Under the pieces are notes generated by a model. It ran no database searches, was not told the DNA's origin, and saw nothing but the letters and a program-made list of their open reading frames with translations. Below are positions 27,585 to 36,633 of a DNA stretch of 64,000 nucleotides, piece after piece. The stretch is from Candidatus Falkowbacteria bacterium (GTDB taxonomy: Bacteria > Patescibacteriota > Patescibacteriia > CAIXNZ01). The translations under genes were made by a program, and so were the position numbers. The stretch is taken from contig CAVZGV010000003.1 in NCBI GenBank assembly GCA_963774955.1, forward strand, positions 256,771-320,770, read 5' to 3'. Every line of letters begins with the position of its first letter. The stretch's first letter is position 1.

Positions 27585-28067
27585 ATGGTTAGTAGTGAAA
27601 AGGATCGTCCTGACAGTAATTTGCCGGTTGAAAAACGGCAAGCTCCCAGAAAGGTTGTTCCAGCAAGCGAACGGTTTTCCGTTGTTTTGGGACAACCAGA
27701 TGGTACTTTTAAACCGCCTAGAGAAGTCAGCAGGAAAATACCGACTGAAGCTCTGAATGCAAGATTACTTGCGGCCCAAAATGCCAATTGCACCATAGTG
27801 GATATTTCAGAAATTGGTCTGCGCATTTGCCACAGCGTCAACTTGAATGAGGGCGAAACCGTCGGAATTTTTTTTCAGATTTTTTTAGGACTACCCAACG
27901 AAGAGAAAGGCATTACGTTGATCTGTCAGGTGATTTGGCATAAACCATGGAAAGCCGCTAAGGGCTTGGGCCATTTGACCGGCTTAAACATCATTCACAA
28001 TTCAGACGACGTAAGCTACAAGCAATTTGTAGCCAGCCTACCAACTTTAGCACAAGCCCGCGCCTAG
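27585..28067 (+). CDS. Putative PilZ-domain (c-di-GMP-binding) protein
   Basis: An RxxxR motif (RQAPR) is followed by DxSxxG (DISEIG) ~50 aa later. AGGAGGG SD. A TGCTATAAT promoter sits at 27475-27483. The spacing between the motifs is longer than canonical. Confidence 0.4.
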   Translation: MVSSEKDRPDSNLPVEKRQAPRKVVPASERFSVVLGQPDGTFKPPREVSRKIPTEALNARLLAAQNANCTIVDISEIGLRICHSVNLNEGETVGIFFQIFLGLPNEEKGITLICQVIWHKPWKAAKGLGHLTGLNIIHNSDDVSYKQFVASLPTLAQARA

Positions 28068-28082
28068 CGCGGGCTTTTTTTA
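28056..28082 (+). terminator. Rho-independent terminator; the stop codon lies in its loop
   Basis: GCCCGCGC-CTAG-GCGCGGGC followed by TTTTTTT. Confidence 0.6.
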
Positions 28083-28136
28083 TTGTTAAAAAAATGTTAT
28101 TATTAAATTAATTTTTAGGAATTAGAGATTATATAT

Positions 28137-28544
28137 ATGAATAAAAAAATTAAAATGTTTACTGATGGAGGTGCCCGCGGAAATCCCGGTCCGGCGGCAA
28201 TCGGCATTGTGATTAAAGATGATAAAGATAAAATTATCAAAGAATATGCTGAATGTATCGGCGAGGCAACCAATAATCAGGCGGAATATAGAGCCCTAAT
28301 TAAAGGTTTGGAGTTGGTGTCAGAATTTAAGCCCTCCGAGCTTGATTGTTTTTTGGATAGCGAGCTTTTGGTTAAACAGATGAAACAGGAATATCGGGTT
28401 AAAGATATGAAATTACAGCCTTTATTTGTGAAAGTTTGGAATCTGGCCCTTAATTTAGGCAAGGTCAAGTATCATCATATTCCGCGAATATTAAATAAAG
28501 AAGCTGATAAACTGCTCAATCTGGAGTTGGATAGGCAAGACTAG
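28137..28544 (+). CDS. rnhA: Ribonuclease HI
   Basis: TDGGARGNPGPAAIG...TNNQAEYRALIKGLE...DSELLVKQM...HIPRILNKEADKL carries the DEDD catalytic residues in RNase H order. Confidence 0.85.
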   Translation: MNKKIKMFTDGGARGNPGPAAIGIVIKDDKDKIIKEYAECIGEATNNQAEYRALIKGLELVSEFKPSELDCFLDSELLVKQMKQEYRVKDMKLQPLFVKVWNLALNLGKVKYHHIPRILNKEADKLLNLELDRQD

Positions 28545-28656
28545 GTGTGTTTTGGCGATTTTTATGGTATAATATAAATAGATTTTGGATTTTAGATCTT
28601 AGGTTCTAGTTAATAATCCAAAATCTATAATCTAAAACACTAAAATCTAAATTAAA

Positions 28657-29736
28657 ATGGCTAAACCAGTCAGTTATTTAGGTATTGATTTATCGCCTGA
28701 TTCCATCAAACTGGTGGAATTAATTTCAGAAAACGGTAGGCCAAAATTAGTTACTTATGGCTATACCGAATCAAAAAGTGATATTTTAAAGGGCGATTTT
28801 GTCAATAATAAAAATTTAACATCTACCTTGCTTAAAGAGCTGGCGGATCGGGCCGGAGTGACAACCAATCTGGCTTCGGCTGCCTTGCCGGTGGCTTCGG
28901 TTTTTACCTCGGTAATTAAATTGCCTAATTTGATCAAAAAAGACGTTGATAATAAAAGCAAAATTAAAGGCCTTTTGTCCGAGGAATTGAAAAAAATTTC
29001 CTCTGTACCTTTGGCGGACATGGTTTTTGATTTTAATCTAATTCCTGATCAGGAGGTAGAGAAAGCGGCTGCAAACGCTAAAATATCAATGGCCAGATTT
29101 TTAATTACAGCCTCGACTAAGGATGTAGTCAAGAATTATGTTGATATTTTTAAGCAAGCCAATTTTCAATTGACTAATTTGGATATCGAGTCTTTTTCTT
29201 TAGTTCGTTCTTTGGTCGGTATTGATAAGTCTCTGATTATGCTGATTGATATCGGTGAAAATTTAACTTCAGTGGAAATAGTTAATCTGGCCATCCCGAT
29301 TATTAACCGCAGTATAAATTATGGCGGATCAGTGATTACCAAAGCAGTGGCTGATAGTTTGAATATTGCCATTGCTGAAGCTGAAAATTATAAACTGGAT
29401 TTGTCTATCATGATGCAGCAGTCAAATATGCCAAATTTTCCGAAACCAATTGAAGAAGGCCTGGCTCCATTAGTTACGGAAATAAAATATTTGCTGCAGA
29501 CATATTATGAACAATTTGGCCAGGAGAAGATTTTAGATAAAATAATTTTAACAGGCGGAGGCGCAATGCTCGGTAATTTTTTGGACAGATATTTAACGGA
29601 ACAATTAAATGTCCGAACTTACATTGGTGACCCCTGGGCCAGAATAATGTATCCGGAAGAATTAAAGCCAGTGCTTTTGGAAATCGGCCCGCGTTTTAGC
29701 GTTGCCCTGGGTTTGGCAATGAGAGATATAATTTAA
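28657..29736 (+). CDS. pilM: Type IV pilus assembly protein PilM (actin-like)
   Basis: N-terminal LGIDLSPDSIKLVEL and an ASKHA-fold layout. A TGGTATAAT promoter sits at 28565-28573. Confidence 0.8.
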   Translation: MAKPVSYLGIDLSPDSIKLVELISENGRPKLVTYGYTESKSDILKGDFVNNKNLTSTLLKELADRAGVTTNLASAALPVASVFTSVIKLPNLIKKDVDNKSKIKGLLSEELKKISSVPLADMVFDFNLIPDQEVEKAAANAKISMARFLITASTKDVVKNYVDIFKQANFQLTNLDIESFSLVRSLVGIDKSLIMLIDIGENLTSVEIVNLAIPIINRSINYGGSVITKAVADSLNIAIAEAENYKLDLSIMMQQSNMPNFPKPIEEGLAPLVTEIKYLLQTYYEQFGQEKILDKIILTGGGAMLGNFLDRYLTEQLNVRTYIGDPWARIMYPEELKPVLLEIGPRFSVALGLAMRDII

Positions 29737-29745
29737 ATATAATAT

Positions 29746-30714
29746 ATGGCGATCGATTTTTTAGGTAAAGAAGGGGAAAAACTGGCCAAAAAGGAGGCAA
29801 TTGCCATAAAGATGCATAACCCTGAAAAACAGGTTGTGGCAACTTCTAAGCAAAAAGAAAAACCTAAAGTTAAACCGAAAAAAGAAACGCCTAAGATTCA
29901 GAGTCGGGAGAAGTTCGAGCAGGTCAATTTAATCTTTTCTTTCAAGCAATATATTTTAAAGCGCAGGTTAACTTTTATTCTAATTTTTGTTATAATTATT
30001 GCAGTCCTAGCTGTTTTCGTCTATTGGTTGCTAACCAGACCAAAACCGATTTCGCCACCACCGCCGCCTATTCCCGTTTGCGGTAATGAGAAGATTGAAG
30101 CGGGAGAACAATGCGATTCGAGCGGCTGTATTACTGATCAGGTCTGTGTAGATTGTCAGTGTCAAAATATCATTATATCGCCACCACCGCCGCCGGCACC
30201 TGTTTGTGGTAATGGACAAATTGAAACAGGGGAACAATGTGACCAGATTGGCTGCTCAACAAATCAGACTTGTGTAAATTGTCAGTGCCAAGGAGTTATT
30301 GCCCCACCACCTCCGCCACCACCGCCTCCGCCGGCACCTGTTTGCGGTAATGGTCAGGTTGAAACAGGTGAGCAATGCGATTTGACTGGTTGTACTCCTG
30401 AGCAAACTTGCCTTGATTGCCAATGCCAAATAGTAATTTTGCCGGATACTGAATTAGCGCCTTTACGCGGTGCTCTTATCAAATTTAGTTCAGATAATAA
30501 TATTTATTTGATTGATTATAACGGTGAATTGCGATTAGTCGATCCCTTAACAGCAAGCTTTAAAAACAATCAAACCATCAGGGATATAAAAATAGATGAA
30601 ATTTATTTAATCGCTGATCAATATAAAACGGTACGAATGGGCCAGCCAGTTTTAGGTAAAGTTGACTGGGATCCCCGAATATTAAGTTCTGCAGAACTAA
30701 TTCCTTTTCAATAA
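29746..30714 (+). CDS. Membrane-anchored protein with three Myxococcus-type Cys-rich repeats and poly-Pro linkers (PilN position)
   Basis: A cytoplasmic N-terminus and one TM precede 3x [P-rich]-VCGNGxIExGEQCDxxGCxxxQxCxxCQCQ and a ~90-aa C-terminal domain. The gene starts 10 nt after the pilM stop. Confidence 0.55.
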   Translation: MAIDFLGKEGEKLAKKEAIAIKMHNPEKQVVATSKQKEKPKVKPKKETPKIQSREKFEQVNLIFSFKQYILKRRLTFILIFVIIIAVLAVFVYWLLTRPKPISPPPPPIPVCGNEKIEAGEQCDSSGCITDQVCVDCQCQNIIISPPPPPAPVCGNGQIETGEQCDQIGCSTNQTCVNCQCQGVIAPPPPPPPPPPAPVCGNGQVETGEQCDLTGCTPEQTCLDCQCQIVILPDTELAPLRGALIKFSSDNNIYLIDYNGELRLVDPLTASFKNNQTIRDIKIDEIYLIADQYKTVRMGQPVLGKVDWDPRILSSAELIPFQ

Positions 30715-30843
30715 TTATTAATCGGATAGTTAAACCACGGAATTTTCATTCATTGCCTGTCGGCAGGTTGATAATACGGATAAACTAAGGAATCCGTGTA
30801 ATCAGTGAAATTAACTCAGTGGTTTAGTAACCAATAAAAACAT

Positions 30844-31233
30844 ATGGCAGACGCAAAAATCAAAATTTTATTAGTCGAAGACGACACTTTTTTAGTAGAA
30901 ATGTATACAACTAAATTTGAGCTTGAAGGCTTTTCAGTTATGGCTGCGGAAGACGGTAAAAAGGGCCTGGAAATGGCTGATAAAGAAAAACCGGATATAA
31001 TCCTGCTGGATATTTTAATGCCCAAAATGGACGGATTCGCAGTTCTGGATGCCTTGAAACAAAATAAGGATTTAGCGAGTATCCCTGTTGTTTTGCTGAC
31101 AAATTTGGGGCAAAAAGATGATGTCAAAAAAGGGTTTGAAAAAGGCGCTGTGGGTTATTTGATCAAGGCTCATTTTATGCCTTCGGAGGTAGTGGATAAA
31201 ATTAAAAAGATTTTAAAGGAAAACAAGAAATAA
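30844..31233 (+). CDS. Stand-alone CheY-like response-regulator receiver domain
   Basis: ILLVEDD...ILLDILMPKMDGF...VVLLTN...GYLIK carries the receiver-domain D/D/T/K residues. Confidence 0.85.
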   Translation: MADAKIKILLVEDDTFLVEMYTTKFELEGFSVMAAEDGKKGLEMADKEKPDIILLDILMPKMDGFAVLDALKQNKDLASIPVVLLTNLGQKDDVKKGFEKGAVGYLIKAHFMPSEVVDKIKKILKENKK

Positions 31234-31251
31234 ATCTAGATTATATAATAA

Positions 31252-31719
31252 ATGAAAAATGGCTTTACAAAAATAGAAGTATTGATTTTTATTTTACTTA
31301 TTGTTATGGTAGTGGCAATGGATGTCGCTGTAATTTGGTATTTATCTTTAAAAAACAAGGACATCCAAGTATTGTCTGAAATTGATCAAATTAAAAGCGG
31401 ACTGGAAGTTTATTTACTGACCAATGATTTTTATCCTGAGTCAAATGGCGTGATAAATTTAAGTGATGCCTATAGCGGTACAGAAAAATTATGCGGGGAA
31501 GGCTTTAAAAAACAAACCGACCCTTGTGATCGAAATATCCTAAAACCGATTCCGAATCAATATCTGGCTGAAGGTAATATTTATCAGTATAAACGAAGCG
31601 AAGACGGCCAAAATTATCAGCTGGAATTCAATTTAATTACCAACTTTAAAAATTTGGGCTTAACCAAGGGGAAAAATTGTTCAAATAATATACAAATAAT
31701 TAGTCAACCGTGTTTTTAA
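31252..31719 (+). CDS. Type IV pilin/pseudopilin-like protein
   Basis: Class III signal MKNG|FTKIEVLIFILLIV (G-1, F+1, E+5). Confidence 0.6.
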   Translation: MKNGFTKIEVLIFILLIVMVVAMDVAVIWYLSLKNKDIQVLSEIDQIKSGLEVYLLTNDFYPESNGVINLSDAYSGTEKLCGEGFKKQTDPCDRNILKPIPNQYLAEGNIYQYKRSEDGQNYQLEFNLITNFKNLGLTKGKNCSNNIQIISQPCF

Positions 31720-31723
31720 CTAT

Positions 31724-32191
31724 ATGATTCGAGATAAAAAACAAGGAGGATTTTCATTAGTAGAATTATTAATTGTGGTTGCCATTATTATACTTTTGGC
31801 GACTATATCGGTCATTGCTTTAAATGACCAGCGGGCCAAGGCAAGAGATGCGAAAAGAACTAGTGATGTCAGACAAATCCGGACTGCGTTGGAGTTTTAT
31901 CATAGTGACGAAGATCAATATCCTGTATTTGATAATCCTATAGTTTTGGGTCAAAAGGGTGGCGAAAAATTATGTGCCAAGTCAGCTGGAGCAATCGTTT
32001 CACTTGAAACTCCCTGCAGTCAGGATACAACGTATATGGCAATTATTCCCAAAGATCCTTTGCCGGACAGACAATATATATATAAGGGTAATATTAAGGA
32101 TTATGAAATAATTTTTACCACGGAAAAGCCAAGTGGTTTGGGTGAAGCTGGTCAGTATATTGCCACGGCTGAAGGTATTAATATAAAGTAA
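31724..32191 (+). CDS. Type IV pilin (prepilin N-terminal cleavage/methylation domain)
   Basis: KKQGG|FSLVELLIVVAIIILLA, a canonical prepilin leader with E+5. Confidence 0.75.
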   Translation: MIRDKKQGGFSLVELLIVVAIIILLATISVIALNDQRAKARDAKRTSDVRQIRTALEFYHSDEDQYPVFDNPIVLGQKGGEKLCAKSAGAIVSLETPCSQDTTYMAIIPKDPLPDRQYIYKGNIKDYEIIFTTEKPSGLGEAGQYIATAEGINIK

Positions 32192-32298
32192 AATAAAACA
32201 AAATTAGCTTGTACATATAAAAAATCCCTAAAATTTTAGGGATTTTTTAGTTTTAAAACATGATTTATATTTAAGCTAAAAACTGCTATAATTTAAGC

Positions 32299-33039
32299 AT
32301 GATTACTAGCAGTTTATTTTTGTTTTTGTTAGGTATTATTGGCGGCAGTTTCTTGAATTGCTGTCTGTATCGCGTTGTCAGAAAAGTTCCGCTTTGGGGC
32401 CGGTCTTTTTGCCCCCAGTGCCGTAAGCAAATATTAAATCTGGATTTAGTGCCCTTGCTTAGTTACCTGTGGCTTAAAGGCAAATGCCGATTCTGTAAAA
32501 AACCGATTGGTTGGCAGTATTTCGGCATAGAATTGGTCACCGGCTTGCTCTTTGTCTTGTTTTTTATAAAATATGGAGCGGTCAGTTGGTTTTTAGTCCG
32601 AGATTTGTTTTTTATTTCAATTTTGCTGTTTATTCTGATTTTCGACTGGCGTCATTATTTAATTTTGGATAAGGTGATTTGGCCTGCTTTGGTTTTTAGT
32701 TTTATATTTAATGTTTGCCTGGGGCGGCCATGGCAGGAATTAATCTTGGCCGGTTTGATTGGCGCCGGTTTTTTCTTTTTACAACACCTTGTATCTGGCG
32801 GTAAATGGATTGGCCAGGGCGATATAAACTTGGGTTTACTTTTGGGGGTAATGTTGGGCTGGCAATTTACTTTACTGACGTTAGCCTTAGCTTATATAAT
32901 CGGAGGAGTAATTGCTACGATATTATTATTGACTAAGAGAAAAAAAATCGGTGATATCCTGCCCATGGGCAGTTTTTTGGCCGGTGCTGCCATTTTTGTT
33001 TTGCTTTGGGGAAATTTGATATTAGCTATCATTTATTAA
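32299..33039 (+). CDS. pilD: Prepilin peptidase (A24 family) PilD
   Basis: N-terminal CPQCRK...CRFCKK tetra-Cys zinc finger between TM1 and TM2, and a polytopic membrane region with conserved Asp residues. TGCTATAAT ends 6 nt before the ATG, so the transcript is probably leaderless. Confidence 0.85.
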   Translation: MITSSLFLFLLGIIGGSFLNCCLYRVVRKVPLWGRSFCPQCRKQILNLDLVPLLSYLWLKGKCRFCKKPIGWQYFGIELVTGLLFVLFFIKYGAVSWFLVRDLFFISILLFILIFDWRHYLILDKVIWPALVFSFIFNVCLGRPWQELILAGLIGAGFFFLQHLVSGGKWIGQGDINLGLLLGVMLGWQFTLLTLALAYIIGGVIATILLLTKRKKIGDILPMGSFLAGAAIFVLLWGNLILAIIY

Positions 33040-33060
33040 TTAGTTGATTAAATAATAAAA

Positions 33061-33082
33061 GCACCACTAGGTGGTGCTTTTG
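33061..33082. terminator. Bidirectional terminator between pilD and the convergent kinase gene
   Basis: AAAA-GCACCAC-TAG-GTGGTGC-TTTTG. The minus-strand stop codon lies in the loop. Confidence 0.5.
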
Positions 33083-33522
33083 GGTTCGGTGGTGATTTTT
33101 AATTCCCGCCAGAAAGGAAGCGAGGTCTCAAACTGCTGGCAATATTGTTGATTCCGCTCTAGTGGGATTTCATGGATTCCTCGGCTGGTGGCAATCAGGG
33201 GTGAGCAGGTAATCGTGACGATCAGCACCTGATAACCGAAAACCATTCCGGTCAGGTAATAAGGCGAGACTTCCCAGCGTTGGATATTGGTGTTGTCCTC
33301 CACAATCACTGGGTGGCCTTCAGCGACAGCGTTCAGAAATTTGGCAAAGCATTCCTGATGAGCTTGGCCAATCAGGTCATGATTATGTTTGTATAGTCCG
33401 TCTACATGTGCGGCGAAAAAATCGTCAGCGCTGCAGACAATGGCTTCAGGGTAATTATTTTTGTGATACGTTGTTTTGCCTGAGCCAGAAAGACCCCTCA
33501 TGATTATGATTTGTTTGTCCAA
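33067..33522 (-). CDS. P-loop NTPase / small-molecule or polynucleotide kinase-like (AAA_33-type)
   Basis: Walker A IIMRGLSGSGKTTY sits at the N-terminus. The start is taken at a TTG with an AAGGAG SD; the upstream ATG at 33567 is an alternative. Confidence 0.55.
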   Translation of the reverse strand: MDKQIIIMRGLSGSGKTTYHKNNYPEAIVCSADDFFAAHVDGLYKHNHDLIGQAHQECFAKFLNAVAEGHPVIVEDNTNIQRWEVSPYYLTGMVFGYQVLIVTITCSPLIATSRGIHEIPLERNQQYCQQFETSLPFWRELKITTEPKSTT

Positions 33523-33618
33523 ATTTATCTCCTTTTGTGTGATTTTCCGGATATTACAGCCTATCACAAATTTGGGGATTTGTCAATTATAGCCATAAAA
33601 TTATTGGTTGTTTTATGA

Positions 33619-35691
<2,073 letters not shown>

Positions 35692-35706
35692 TTACGAAAG
35701 TTGGAC

Positions 35707-36173
35707 ACGAAAAAACACGAAAAATTGATGGCGTAATAAAAAGTTAAAACAAAAGGTGAAAAAATATGGGGGAAATAATATATAAAGATTTGAGTTATCA
35801 AGTTATGGGATCAGTTTTTAGGGTATTTAAGAAGTTGGGCTTTGGTTATAGAGAAAAATATTATCAGAGAGCCATTGAGGAAGAATTAAAAATAGAAAAT
35901 CTGGGATATATTAAGGAATGTTGCGTGAAACTAGAATATAATGGGAGAATTATTGGTAGATATTTTATAGATTTCGTTATTGAAGATAAGATTGCCTTAG
36001 AGATTAAGATAGCAAAAGATTTTTACACAAAAGATGTTAAGCAACTTTTAAGTTATTTGAAGGCAAAAAAATTAAAATTAGGAATTCTTATAATTATTAC
36101 TAAAGATGGGATTAGATATAAGCGTTTTGTTAATTAATTAAATTTGAACTGCGTATTTCGTGTTTTTTCGTGA
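35707..36173. mobile_element. GxxExxY-protein cassette bounded by 17-bp perfect terminal inverted repeats (CACGAAAAAACACGAAA)
   Basis: The left arm (35707-35723) is the exact reverse complement of the right arm (36157-36173). Between them lies a single GxxExxY-family ORF. Related motifs occur at 20527 and 44242. Confidence 0.45.
35766..36137 (+). CDS. GxxExxY family protein
   Basis: GYREKYY matches the Gxx-E-xx-Y signature. The length (123 aa) and composition fit this family, which is often found as an insertion cargo (for example in 23S rRNA intervening sequences). Confidence 0.65.
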   Translation: MGEIIYKDLSYQVMGSVFRVFKKLGFGYREKYYQRAIEEELKIENLGYIKECCVKLEYNGRIIGRYFIDFVIEDKIALEIKIAKDFYTKDVKQLLSYLKAKKLKLGILIIITKDGIRYKRFVN

Positions 36174-36209
36174 TTATTATTTCGTGGTTCATAATAACCT
36201 AATAAAACT

Positions 36210-36527
36210 ATGCAAATCAACATCAAAGGTACCAATATGGATCTGACCCCGGCAATTAAAGATTATGTCAATGAAAAAGTCGGCAGTTTGGAAAAGTTTT
36301 TTGACCAGGCTATTATAGCCAGGGTAGATGTAGGTCGTACTTCCAACCATCACCAAAAGGGCGATGTGTTCCGCGCGGAAATAAATATGGATGTGCCCCA
36401 AAAGCATGTATTGCGGGCTGAGTCAGTTAAAGAAGATTTGTATTTAGCCATTAATGACGCTAAGGCTGATTTGGAACGTCAGATTAAAAAATATAAGGAA
36501 AAAATGCGGGGGAATGATAAATATTAA
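36210..36527 (+). CDS. hpf: Ribosome hibernation promoting factor (HPF/RaiA, short form)
   Basis: MQINIKGTNMDLTPAIKDYVNEKVGSLEKFF...RAEINMDVP...AINDAKADLERQIKKYKEK. Confidence 0.8.
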   Translation: MQINIKGTNMDLTPAIKDYVNEKVGSLEKFFDQAIIARVDVGRTSNHHQKGDVFRAEINMDVPQKHVLRAESVKEDLYLAINDAKADLERQIKKYKEKMRGNDKY

Positions 36528-36546
36528 GCTGAAATCAATATAAAAA

Positions 36547-36577
36547 AGCCCTTCTGAATTACAGGAGGGCTTTTTGT
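36547..36577 (+). terminator. Rho-independent terminator after hpf
   Basis: AGCCCT...AGGGCT hairpin followed by TTTTTGT. A TGCTATAAT promoter for the next gene sits at 36607-36615. Confidence 0.5.
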
Positions 36578-36633
36578 ATATGATATGGCCAATTTTAGCT
36601 AAGGATGCTATAATTAAAAAGTAATAAATATAC

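Noticed and set aside
20560-28090. High-GC island as contamination or chimeric assembly
   Set aside because: It is physically contiguous with AT-rich host genes on both sides. Bidirectional terminators are shared with recJ at the left border. The ATTTGTA promoter motifs are shared with a host locus at 16.0 kb. Integration is more likely, but read-level confirmation is still needed.
33522-33567. Upstream ATG (33567) as the start of the P-loop kinase gene
   Set aside because: There is no SD for that ATG. The in-frame TTG at 33522 has an AAGGAG SD at the correct spacing, and the Walker A motif is N-terminal in such kinases. The call is kept uncertain in the feature.
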